Below are positions 25,926-38,445 of a stretch of DNA of 64,000 nucleotides, in pieces. Position 1 is the stretch's first letter. Each line of letters opens with the position of its first letter. The translations under genes were made by a program, and so were the position numbers. This stretch comes from Macrostomum lignano (taxonomy: Eukaryota): assembly GCA_002269645.1 (NCBI GenBank), contig NIVC01002286.1:1-64000 (forward strand), given 5' to 3'. The notes below the pieces were generated by a model. The model was not told the DNA's origin, did no database searches, and worked only from the letters and a program-made list of their open reading frames with translations.

Positions 25926-28900
25926 GTTGCTTATAAAATCAGCTGATTGCAATTTACAGCTGAGCTCTATGGCTGAAAGTTGATGAAAACAGCGCATTAC
26001 TCAAATTTGACTCAAATTCCTAATTGCTCAACAACAAAAAGTCAAGCTACTTTGTCAGATTTTTACTGCCCCTACTTAAATACTTTTTAGTCGATGATAG
26101 CTGTGTCATTTGGCATTCTAAGTCAAAACTCAAGATGCCAATTTTGAATGCCAGGATGCCAGACTGACATCGGTCAAAAAATATATCAGCATCTCTACCT
26201 TATGCCTTAACATTGTTGAGCCTCTCTGATCCACAGAAGCTGCAAGTCTACAGATTGTTCAGATTTGACAATCCTAAGAACCTAATATACTTATATAATT
26301 ATTGAAATATCCAATGAAATATGAATTTAAAAAGTACAGAACTTATATTAGATAGCATCTGGCTTGGAAAACTGGGGTGGCAATTTGACAACTAGGATGA
26401 AAAATTCAAGATCCAAAATTTTAAGCTGATGTGTTATAAAACACATAGACTAGATAACTACACTTTGGTGCCAAACACTGATTTTAAGCCATATGATAAA
26501 TGTCTAGTTGTAAGGCTTGTTATATATTAGAATGTTATTATTAGTGACTGCAATAAAATTTGCCTTGACACTTTTAATAATTATTTTTTATAATTTTGAG
26601 GTAGGCCTTGTTATTAAGAAATGTTTTCTCAGAAAGTGTTGCATTTGAAAGTATGCTAATTTGTTTAAATGCATAAAATATTAGAAATACTGTAAATATT
26701 TTAATTTTTTTAAATCACACTAAAAGGGCTTATAAATACATGAGCAGCTAGCAAGAGACGAATCAACTTGCCTTGTGCTTGAGACTTGTTCCATTCAAAA
26801 CCTTAAGCAATACTACTGAGTTAAGTTATTTAAAAGCATCAAAGCCTCAAGATTGGGAGAAGTTGATCCATTCTTAGAGAACAATATATCCCGATTCATA
26901 ATCTAAAAAGTCACCTTAGAAGGTAGAAATCCTACCACAGAGTAGAGTAATCTAGACTCAGGGTCTGGGAAACCTGCCTCAGGCAAAATACCTAGCAAGT
27001 AAGCTGTGACCCTCTGATCCTGAGAATTCCTAGGACTGAATGAATAAAAATTGTTAGAGTAGTATAGAAATAGAGTCGACAGTGCCATAAGACTGCTCAG
27101 GCTAGTAGATAAGTACATGCGCTACCAGTAGATAATTACATATGCTACCAATATAAAAAGTAAACATATAGGCAATAAGTACATTCATGCAACACCTGTA
27201 AAAGTACAAGTAATATAAAAATCATTATAACAACTTAGTGGCCGCTTTTTAAAAAGAAATTTATAGGGAAAGAAGAAACAGCCTTATCACAGCTGGTATC
27301 AGAAGTAAGATCATCCCAGAGGATAGAAATTAGCCCTGGGACAAATTTGTTTTTTTATTTATATAAGTTTTAGAGAAAATAGCAAATTTATTGTTTCTTG
27401 TTATTTTCAAGTAGTAGTTAATTTTAGGTGTGAATTTTTTTTACAAATTTCTTTTATAATCATATGCATTTTGTTTTTTTGTGGCACAAAATTTTTTGCC
27501 CATTGGCTAGAGTATTAGCACCCATTAAAATGCAGAATCTATAGTAGAATTAGAATAGAATAATAGTTAAAAATGCAGAATTTGAAGCAAAATTATAAAT
27601 TGTAAATTTAAAAAAAATAAAGTATAGAAAAAGGCAAAATATTTGAATCAATCAAAAATAAGTAAATTTCTAAATTGATATATATATATCTATGAGTAAA
27701 AAATATTTTTATTTAAAAAATACATTTAGCCTTTACAGCAATATAACCATATAAAAATAAATTTATAGTATAATATGATTCTACATTAGGGCTAGGAATA
27801 CTAAACTAAACTATAAATAGCAACATATAGGCCCTATTAGGCTATTAGTAATTAGGCCTATTAAAAGTAATAAATATAGTTTCCTTCATGAATAATATAG
27901 CTGATAAGCAAGCAGGTAGCCAGGATTCATGTTAGAGGGAAAAGATAGAGATATAAATCCATCTTCAATAGAAGTGATGGAAGCAAAATATAAAAGCAAT
28001 AAAAAATCTCTAATGTCCCCCTCTTTGTGTCCATTGCTACACAGATAGATCCCTAAAAGATGGCCTTTACCATAGTCAGGATCATGTCATTGTATATGCC
28101 AGAATAAAAAGTCCCCTAAAAAATCTATGCCACTTCATACTGAAATGTATGCCAAGGTCCAAGGAACTTACGCCAGGTTTTCTAGGCTTTGCAACAATAA
28201 ATGACCTTTTTTTTACATGTTACATTTTTAACAATAAAAATTTAACAAATGTGTGGTTTTCCTTTAAAGTAAATTTTTGTTTAATTTTTTGTTTAAGTTT
28301 TTTTTAGAAAATCAACACAATTAGTTTGCATGGAATTTTAATTTTTTATAAATCACGAATAGTTATGAACTTTCATCTTTGCTTACTAGTTTTACGGTTT
28401 TTATGATTTTATAATAAGATTCTGAGGTTACGGTGTTATGCCAACAATTGCTAATATTAACTTTAGCGTAAAGGTATGCTGCTTGGCATATTTACGCCAC
28501 GGCATCACGCCAAAAGGTACGCCAAATATATTTTGCCTCATTTTTTTATGCCAATTGTATGCCAAAAAAGTAAAATTTTCAATTGTACGCCGGAAATTTC
28601 CGGCGTAATGTACATCATCTTGACTATGAGGCCTTTATAGCTTTGGGGTCTGCATCCTCCCCAATGGCTATATGCTAGCTATGCATGCCTAGCACACTGG
28701 AAGTCTCTATTATCTTTCAGAATGAGGTTCTCACTATTAGCTCCTACATAGCAGTGCTGATTCACTTGCAAAACAAGGAAGTGGCAACTCCCTTTATATA
28801 TCCTTGCCTTTGGCTCTGATCTCTGCAGCTATAATCAATTGCAACATTGATACTTGGGCCTCTGCCTTGCATAGGGACAGATGGATGAACCTTACTAACT

Positions 28901-28969
28901 AGGCCTATTGCCAATCTTGTGCAACAGTCCTTTGTCTATCTTAAAAGCTCAAAACTATTCTTCTGAACC

Positions 28970-29531
28970 TGTAGCGACTTTCTTCATTTGTTCCACCTTC
29001 TCGCGTATGTTTGTATGTCTTAATTCTGATTGGCTGCCTCTCTGTGCTTATCTGATCCTTCAATTAAATAGTCTGTAGTTTTCTCTTAGTATTTTCTCGA
29101 CATGGCGCCCAAACAGGGACTGTCCACTGTCTCTTCTATCTGAGCTCGATGTCTTTGCTTCTCTTGGTTTCCACTTTTTTATTTGTCTTGATTGAATCTA
29201 ATGTGTTTTTTGTCGATCATTTTGCCACCAATTATTCATGGAATTCTTTGTTATCGTTTCGTTTCGTTGCGTTTTTTGTTGTTGTTTTTTTGTTGTTTCG
29301 CTAATCTCGCAAAGCTTCCTTTTTTGGTCGTTTCTGACGCTCTTTTTTGTTTTTTTTTCCGACAGAAATGACAACAAGGTCTTTGTCATTTGGGGGAGTG
29401 TAGCGACTTTCTTCATTTGTTCCACCTTCTCGCATATGTTTGTATGTCTTAATTCTGATTGGCTGCCTCTCTGTGCTTATCTGATCCTTCAATTAAATAG
29501 TCTGTAGTTTTCTCTTAGTATTTTCTCGACA
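28970..29531 (+). mobile_element. Complete miniature non-autonomous LTR retrotransposon (TRIM), 562 bp
   Basis: LTRs 28970-29102 and 29399-29531 (133 bp, TG..CA, one mismatch); PBS TGGCGCCCAAACAGGGAC at 29103-29120; PPT GGGGGAG at 29392-29398; TSD GAACC at 28965-28969 and 29532-29536. Confidence 0.93.
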
Positions 29532-30204
29532 GAACCAAAGCAGAAAGGATATCCAAGCTTTTGCTATAACCCTCATTAGCCACAGCCATAGCTACTTTGC
29601 TAGGCACTGCTTTTTCCAGGGTGACATCCAGAATGAACTGTCTCTTGTGGCTATGACAATGAAGATGTACAGCTCTTCGTCTGTGAATGTTCATTCTTCA
29701 CTAGAAAGTGGCTAAACTACCTTGGTCAAAATCCATCTAATGATGATGTGATGTTTGCAGACTCAAAAATATCCCACAACTCATCATATTCCTTTGAGCA
29801 ACTAGATAAGCCTCTTTCTTCTCCAATGAAAAAATGCTGCCCTTCACCATTGTCAAACTGGGTCACCAAGGTTTAGTAGAAAGGGCAGCCTATAGACTTG
29901 AATTGAAAGCTATTTCAATAAGCCATGGGGATAACTGGAAATTATTGACATGGATCCGTGTGGATAAAATTGGAATTATTGGCATGGGACCGTGGGGATA
30001 AGCACTTCCAATTAATAAATGGAAGAAAAAATGACAAGTGCAAGAATCGCGAAAAAGTTTTAGACCAAGGGCCTGGCAATCTCCTAAATTACTGCATTAA
30101 ATTATTTTTCAGTTTTTTAAACTTTTCACTACACTAGGTGACTAGCAGACAAAAAAAGAATATTTTTAGACTCATAGAGACGAGCAAGGCATAAATGCAG
30201 TTTC

Positions 30205-30397
30205 CTGCGTTAAATTATTTTATCGTAAAATTACGAAATTGTTTCTCCGGAAAAACACGTCGCCACATGAATTCGCCAAGGTAGCCTCGAAGAGCCCATC
30301 ACTGGTAGGTACCATACATCGTGCGGAAGTTGCGCTTCAAGTGGGCCCACAACCCTTCGATAGTGTTGGTCGGTGCAGGTGGACGTTGCGTTGGAGC
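30205..30397 (-). mobile_element. Merlin (IS1595/ISXO2-like) DDE transposase C-terminal remnant
   Basis: Translation TNTIEGLWAHLKRNFRTMYGT..YLGEFMWRR matches the IS1595/Merlin C-terminal motif (TNTIE.W..LKR..YL.EF.WR). It carries an in-frame TGA and small indels. Confidence 0.75.
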
Positions 30398-30557
30398 TGA
30401 AATAAAGGCAAATTTAAACGAAAAAATAAGTTAACGCGGGAAACTAACTGAACAAAAACGTTCGAAGAAAAACGAAGTCAAAAAAATACTTGTACCTTAT
30501 AAGAGATACCTAAAGACAATTTAAAATACATTTAGGTAAATTAAACAACTTTCTTAC

Positions 30558-30811
30558 CAAGTTATTAATGATCTGTGTCCATTTTTGTGTTTAAATTTGT
30601 TTATGTTTGGTTTTAATAGCAACGCAATTTAATAGTTCAAGGGTTTAATAAATGAATTTATTTGTACAACTCGTATTTCGTGCGCATCATAGACGGATCA
30701 TCAATTAAGTAGAATTACTCGAATAAACCTAAAATCATCGTGAAATAATAACCTTTTATTATTTTATATAATAAAATTTATTTATAAAATAACATTCTTC
30801 ATTTTTTTATC
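30558..30811. promoter_or_regulatory. Putative bidirectional promoter: MYCBP (+) and the 5'UTR exon of the HMGN-like gene (-)
   Basis: Local return of CpGs; minus-strand donor TTG|GTAAGA at 30557; MYCBP ATG at 30812. Confidence 0.45.
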
Positions 30812-32839
30812 ATGACATCCTACAAGGTAAAAATCAATTTTATTGTTCCTTATTGAATAGACTCGCTGTGAATTCGGAAAACTTTTTACTTTCATACATA
30901 GGCCTACCAGTGATATATAATATAGCCACTGCCCACTGTACCTATCATGTATTTTACTGTACTGTACACTAATATAACCAGTATTTAGTACTTAGTTTTT
31001 TTAGTGTAGAGGAAATATCATATTAGATTAGGATATTGTGTTAATAAAGGTAATAAAATAGTTTACACTTGAATGGACAGTGATTGGATGGAGTGACAGA
31101 GTGAGTAGTATTGACTAACACCATTGTATTGAAAGAATTAATAATTGATTATACATTATTCTTCTTCATTGTTGCCAAATTTATTTGTCACTGAATTGGT
31201 CAGCACAGCATCTATTTAGAAATTACTTACACTTCATTGTGATAATTAAAAAAAAATTTTTCAAAATTTTTAAGACTTAAGCAGTGACAAATCTAGAGGG
31301 AGGGCAACTCCTAGGTCCCTATTGTGTTGCAGATGCCCTTCCCCTCTTTCACAAGCTTTGCTATGGCTAAACTTATATATAAAGGAAGAATATTGCAATT
31401 TAGGCTTATTTGGGGCTTTTTTGGGCCAACCCAAGAACTTAGGCCAAAATGTCCCCTTATTTTAAAAATCCTAGATCAGCCACTAGACTTAATATCTATA
31501 TTTTTTAGGTAATCAAGATTCAAGATTAAGCCTAATTAGCATCTGATAAGGCCAATTTGCACTATTTTGTCTATCAATATTAATATTGTTACTTGTTAAA
31601 TATAGAATAATGATAATCAAAAGTGGCAGATAGAGCAGCAGATAGAGAGATGATAGAGTAGTAGATAAAAGCTAGATGCTAGAGCATTTTCTGATACCAT
31701 TTTTATCCATTTTGGTCATAGGCATCATTTTTTACTATGGCATTATGTTGTAGCACCAATTCAAAATTAAAAATAATATTAGGAAACAAATTAAAAGACT
31801 GCCATAACTGCATAATATTATAGTTACAAATATTCATGAAATTACAAATCTTTACTTTTTTGAGATCTCAAAGATTAAAGTGCCAAGATCTTGTTTAACC
31901 CCTAACATACCTATTTGAAATATTTAAAATTTAAAAAATGTTTGCATATATGCTAGAAAATTTGAATATACAGAGCAGAAAGATCTGGTATAAACTATTA
32001 GTATACAAATTGGCATTTAAAAGGCCTGTTATACCCTTTGGCATACTATTTGGGATAGTGCAGAACAAGCAAAGGGATAATTAGGGACTCCACTATATGA
32101 GCTCAAGTTGACAGGCCCTTTATTTTCAATATAATTGTTTAATACTATATTGTTAGGTTGACTGACTTGTTAGATTTGTTATGCTTCTCTAATAATCTCT
32201 TAATTAAGGCTGCTGACTCCAAGCGAGAGGAATTTAGAAAGTACTTGGAAAAGGCTGGTGTGTTGGATGCCTTGACTAAAGGTAAGCATCTTAATAACCT
32301 TTTTTACTAATCCAAGTCTCACCATATACTAGAAATGCATTGCATTGCCATCTTACCAAATTCTCAAATCCAGCTACTTATCATAAATCGGTCACGATTC
32401 CTTGCAATTCACCCACGCTCTCCAACTGCAGTGCTTGTTGGCCTGTACGAAGAGCCAGAGAAGCCCAACAATGCGCTGGAGTTTCTCAAGCAGCACCTGG
32501 GCACTGCCGGGCCAGACGCCCCAGACGTTGAGGCTATGAAAGTTGAGATCACAGAGCTGAGGACCCGGGTTGAGCAGCTCGAGGCTGAGAATCAGGAGCT
32601 GCGCGAGAAGGTAGGCCACATGTGGCTCGCGAAGCCTCTCTAACCAGCCCTCGCTTCCTTTAAAACTTCGCGATAGCAATCCCATCTGCTCAACGTTGGT
32701 GTCTCAGATCTCTCTCTCTCTCTCTCTCTGAGGTTCTGAGGTTCCATAACTAATCGTTGAATATTAATTTGCCAATAAAACAAATTTTCAGGTGCAACAG
32801 TACGACCCGGCTGGCGGAGCTGCTGCAGCCGCTGAGTGA
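30812..32839 (+). CDS. MYCBP: c-Myc-binding protein (AMY-1), 104 aa; exons 30812-30826, 32209-32281, 32432-32610 and 32792-32839
   Basis: MTSYK|AADSKREEFRKYLEKAGVLDALTK|VLVGLYEEPEKPNNALEFLKQHLG..ELREK|VQQYDP; all introns are GT-AG and phase-consistent. Confidence 0.95.
31282..31485. mobile_element. hAT-type MITE (~204 bp) in MYCBP intron 1
   Basis: Degenerate 15-bp TIRs CAGTGACAAATCTAG / CTAGATCAGCCACTA; 8-bp TSD GACTTAAG / GACTTAAT (7/8 match). Confidence 0.65.
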
Positions 32840-33506
32840 TGCCAAATGAGTGCGCGAGTGCGATTCCTGGAAACAATAACTGTTTGCTGGCCAATTAGCA
32901 AACTGGAATCAGAATCCCTCTGCTGTTTATCCAATCCCCTTTTTTATTCTTTTCGTCTATTTGATTTTTGTGTCCGCTATACTCTCTTCGTGTTCTGTCT
33001 TTTCTTTCTTTACACAAAACAAAAAGCTCTTATCGGTTTTTAATCTGTGTTTTTATTTGTAGCAGATGCTGTTACACTACTTTGAGTAGGCGCGACGTTG
33101 TAATTTTCCGCGCGTTTTTTCACTTCGATAATTATAGTGGTGTTTTTTTATTTTTTATTAAAAATCAGTTCTTAAGCTGACCACAGTTTTATTGGGGCTG
33201 GGCCATACAGTAAGGCAATCAGCTGTTTCAGACTCGCAGTGTTTTCATATCACAACGAAATTACCTTGGTGGGACCAAGCGAATCTGTTAGGTTTGTTAT
33301 TTCCAACAGTAGATATTTTGTTTGTATCTCAAATCCCAAACCTATTAAAATACATTGTCTCTTTATTTAGACTACACAAATATATCACGTGTCTCGACAT
33401 GACCATGCAGCGTGCTTTTGTATGTTTTGTTCCTAGGCGGAACCAAATTTTCTCTTACAGTTCCTTTGCATTGCTTTTTAGTGTAGATTTTTAAAGAGTT
33501 TTATAC

Positions 33507-36500
33507 ATCCCAATCAATGGGAGTTATCCATCACAATCAATGGGAGTTATCCATCACAATCAATGGGAAATATCCATCCCAATCAATGGGAAATATCCAT
33601 CCCAATCAATGGGAAATATCCATCCCAATCAATGGGAAATATCCATCCCAATCAATGGGAAATATCCATCCCAATCAATGGGAAATATCCATCCCAATCA
33701 GTGGGAAATATCCATCCCAATCAATGGGAGTTATCCATCCCAATCAATGGGAAATATCCATCCCAATCAATGGGAGTTATCCATCCCAATCAATGGGAAA
33801 TATCCATCCCAATCAATGGGAGTTATCCATCCCAATCAATGGGAAATATCCATCCCAATCAATGGGAGTTATCCATCCCAATCAATGGGAAATATCCATC
33901 CCAATCAATGGGAGTTATCCATCCCAATCAATGGGAAATATCCATCCCAATCAATGGGAGTTATCCATCCCAATCAATGGGAAATATCCATCCCAATCAA
34001 TGGGAGTTATCCATCCCAATCAATGGGAAATATCCATCCCAATCAATGGGAGTTATCCATCCCAATCAATGGGAAATATCCATCCCAATCAATGGGAGTT
34101 ATCCATCACAATCAATGGGAAATATCCATCCCAATCAATGGGAAATATCCATCCCAATCAATGGGAGTTTTCCATCCCAATCAATGGGAAATACCCATCC
34201 CAATCAATGGGAGTTATCCATCACAATCAGTGGGAAATATCCATCCCAATCAATGGGAGTTATCCATCCCAATCAATGGGAGTTATCCATCCCAATCAAT
34301 GGGAGTTATCCATCCCAATCAATGGGAAATATCCATCCCAATCAATGGGAGTTATCCATCCCAATCAATGGGAAATATCCATCCCAATCAATGGGAGTTA
34401 TCCATCACAATCAATGGGAAATATCCATCCCAATCAATGGGAAATATCCATCCCAATCAATGGGAGTTTTCCATTCCAATCAATGGGAAATACCCATCCC
34501 AATCAATGGGAGTTATCCATCACAATCAATGGGAAATATCCATCCCAATCAATGGGAGTTATCCATCACAATCAGTGGGAAATACCCATCCCAATCAGTG
34601 GGAAATATCCATCCCAATCAATGGGAAATATCCATCCCAATCAATGGGAGTTTTCCATCCCAATCAATGGGAAATACCCATCCCAATCAATGGGAGTTAT
34701 CCATCACAATCAATGGGAAATATCCATCCCAATCAATGGGAGTTATCCATCCCAATCAATGGGAAATACCCATCCCAATCAATGGGAGTTATCCATCACA
34801 ATCAATGGGAAATATCCATCCCAATCAATGGGAGTTTTTCATCCCAATCAATGGGAGTTTTCCATCCCAATCAATGGGAAATACCCATCCCAATCAGATG
34901 GAAATACCCATCCCAATCAGTGGGAAATATCCATCACAATCAGTGGGAAATATCCATCCCAATCAATGGGAAATATCCATCCCAATCAATGGGAGTTATC
35001 CATCCCAATCAATGGGAGTTATCCATCCCAATCAATGGGAAATATCCATCCCAATCAATGGGAGTTATCCATCCCAATCAATGGGAAATATCCATCCCAA
35101 TCAATGGGAGTTATCCATCACAATCAATGGGAAATATCCATCCCAATCAATGGGAAATATCCATCCCAATCAATGGGAGTTATCCATCCCAATCAATGGG
35201 AGTTATCCATCCCAATCAATGGGAAATATCCATCCCAATCAATGGGAGTTATCCATCCCAATCAATGGGAAATATCCATCCCAATCAATGGGAGTTATCC
35301 ATCCCAATCAATGGGAAATATCCATCCCAATCAATGGGAAATATCCATCCCAATCAATGGGAGTTTTCCATCCCAATCAATGGGAGTTTTCCATCCCAAT
35401 CAATGGGAAATACCCATCCCAATCAGATGGAAATACCCATCCCAATCAATGGGAAATATCCATCCCAATCAATGGGAGTTTTCCATCCCAATCAATGGGA
35501 GTTTTCCATCCCAATCAATGGGAAATACCCATCCCAATCAGATGGAAATATCCATCCCAATCAATGGGAAATATCCATCCCAATCAATGGGAAATATCCA
35601 TCCCAATCAATGGGAGTTTTCCATCCCAATCAATGGGAGTTTTCCATCCCAATCAATGGGAAATACCCATCCCAATCAGATGGAAATATCCATCCCAATC
35701 AATGGGAAATATCCATCCCAATCAGTGGGAAATACCCATCCCAATCAGTGGGAAATATCCATCCCAATCAATGGGAAATATCCATCCCAATCAATGGGAA
35801 ATATCCATCCCAATCATTGGGAAATATCCATCCCAATCAATGGGAAATATCCATCCCAATCAATGGGAAATATCCATCCCAATCAATGGGAAATATCCAT
35901 CCCAATCAATGGGAGTTATCCATCACAATCAGAGGAAAATATTCATCCCAATCAATGGGAGTTACCCATCCCAATCAATGGGAAATACCCATCCCAATCA
36001 ATGGGAAATACCCATCCCAATCAATGGGAAATACCCATCCCAATCAATGGGAAATATCCATCCCAATCAATGGGAGTTATCTATCCCAATCAGTGGGAAA
36101 TATCCATCCCAATCAATGGGAGTTATCCATCCCAATCAGTGGGAAATATCCATCCCAATCAATGGGAGTTATCCATCACAATCAGTGGGAAATATCCATC
36201 CCAATCAATGGGAGTTATCCATCCCAATCAATGGGAGTTATCCATCCCAATCAGTGGGAAATATCCATCCCAATCAATGGGAAATATCCATCCCAATCAG
36301 TGGGAAATATCCATCCCAATCAGATGGAAATATCCATCCCAATCAATGGGAGTTATCCATCCCAATCAATGGGAGTTATCCATCCCAATCAATGGGAGTT
36401 ATCCATCCCAATCAATGGGAAATATCCATCCCAATCAATGGGAAATATCCATCCCAATCAATGGGAAATATCCATCCCAATCAATGGGAAATATCCATCC

Positions 36501-36810
36501 CAATCAATGGGAAATATCCATCCCAATCAATGGGAAATATCCATCCCAATCAATGGGAAATATCCATCCCAATCAATGGGAGTTATCCATCCCAATCAAT
36601 GGGAAATATCCATCCCAATCAATGGGAGTTATCCATCCCAATCAATGGGAAATATCCATCCCAATCAATGGGAGTTATCCATCACAATCAATGGGAAATA
36701 TCCATCCCAATCAATGGGAAATATCCATCACAATCAATGGGAGTTATCCATCCCAATCAATGGGAAATATCCATCCCAATCAATGGGAAGTATCCATCCC
36801 AATCAGTGGG
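33507..36810. repeat. 3.3-kb 23-bp satellite (ATCCATCCCAATCAATGGGAAAT / ..GGGAGTT)n
   Basis: Visible period with two alternating variants; internal inverted repeat TCCCA-N5-TGGGA. Confidence 0.98.
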
Positions 36811-36903
36811 AATTGGAGAGCATCCGATAGAGCATCTTTTGAGAGCATCCGATATGTATCGATAGCAAACTATTTCGGCACCCACAGCAGCACAAATAGA
36901 AAA

Positions 36904-38397
36904 ATGTCGTCTTCTTCCTCCCTGTCAATGCCGGTCGCTGATGAGTCCGAGGATGCAGAGGAGAAGCTGCGCATTCTGCAGCAGCTGCTGGCCTCGCAAG
37001 ACTCCGGCGCAGCCCCAGCCGCCGCCGGTGCCCCGGCCAGCCGTCAGGTGGCCTACGAGCCCGGGCTGTGCATCAAAACCCGTCAGGAGCCGGGCGGTGC
37101 CAAGCTGTTCATCAACTTGTGCCGCAGCGCCGACCTGCCGGCGCCGCCAGAGGCCTCGGACGAGCAGCTGGCCAAACTGCTGGAGGATCCGGACAGCCAC
37201 GCGGCCAGATTCCGGGTGCCGCTGAGCATCGGCGAGCCGCGGGCCGAGCGAGATCACGCGGGCTCCGCGTGCACAGCGATTGACGTTGTGGCCCACCCGA
37301 GCCTGCTGGACCGGATGCGCGCCAGCGACCTGTACCGGAACTTCGCCATCAGCTTGGCTGTGGAGGGCGCCGAGGCCAAGCACGGGTTGAGTTTGAGCAG
37401 GCGGGATCTGACTGTGCTGCGGAATAAGAAATACGTTGGCAGCATTGAGCAGCAGGCGGCGCAGCACTTTGTGCGGTCCGGCGGCCCGCCAAAGCCGTTT
37501 ATTCAGGTAAGACCGTTTTCTTCTGAAGATCGCCCATTGGAAATCTCCCCTAAGATTCCAACCTTGGAAATCCTCTCTATCTCTAGAAATCGCTCATTGG
37601 AAATCTCCCCTATCTGAGAATCGCCCATTGGAAATCTCCCCTATCTGAGAATCGCCCATTGGAAATCTCCCCTATCTGAGAATCGCCCATTGGAAATCTT
37701 CCCTATCTGAGAATCGCCCATTGGAAATCTTTCCTGACAATTGCCCATTGGAAATCTCCCCCTATCTGACAATTGCCCATTGGAAATCTCCCCCTATCTA
37801 AGAATCGGCCATTGGAAATCTCCCCCTATCTGACAATTGCCCATTGGAAATCTCCCCCTATCTGAGAATCGCCCATTGGAAATCTTCCCTATCTGACAAT
37901 CGCCCATTGGAAATCTCCCCTATCTGAGAATCGCCCATTGGAAATCTTCCCTATCTGAGAATCGCTCATTGGAAATCTCACCTGTCTCCCGAGAGACCCA
38001 GAAAGTCCCCATCTCCCCAGCTGAGTTCAATTGGAGTCGCACCGCCCAAATCCAGGAAGTGTCTGGCAGCGAGGCGACGGCCCCACAGCCCGGCTCGTCT
38101 CCCTCCGTATCGTCGAAGACGCCGCCCCGGCCGGAGTTCCGGCTGGTGCAGAAGCCGCCGTACGGTTCGCCCAGCCATTTCGTGTGCGAGATCCGCCTGC
38201 CGCTCATCAGCTCTGCCGGCTCCTTGCAACTGCAGGTTGGCGGCGACCGCCTGCTGCTCACCTGCCGCAGCCGGGCCTACCGGCTGGACTTCTACCTGCC
38301 CGTCTGCATCGACCAGGCCGCCTGCTGCGCCCAGTTTGATGCCGATAGCAGACTGCTCACCGTTACTATGCCTGTTGAGGGTGGGCCTGCCGCGTAG
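36904..38397 (+). CDS. PIH1D1: PIH1 domain-containing protein 1 (R2TP co-chaperone), 314 aa; exons 36904-37506 and 38056-38397
   Basis: PGLCIKT..KLFINLC..FRVPLSIGEP..CTAIDV (PIH1-N domain) and a C-terminal CS domain (EIRLP..YRLDFYLP..AQFD..LLTVTMPV). Phase-0 intron CAG|GTAAG..TCCAG|GAA. Confidence 0.94.
37532..37980. repeat. 30-31-bp minisatellite (CGCCCATTGGAAATCTCCCCTATCTGAGAAT)n in the PIH1D1 intron
   Basis: About 14 copies starting ~25 nt after the donor. Confidence 0.93.
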
Positions 38398-38445
38398 CTT
38401 GGCGTGTGTTCGTGTTGTTGCTTTGGTGTGCGCGACTGTTGGCTG

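Noticed and set aside
26760-27118. Decayed coding-like frames here and flanking the TRIM (28680-29880)
   Set aside because: Multiple stops and no recognisable motif; cannot be assigned without a search.
33517-37617. 1366-aa repeat-PIH1D1 fusion ORF
   Set aside because: The satellite is stop-free by arithmetic; the real protein most plausibly starts at 36904 and splices at 37506.
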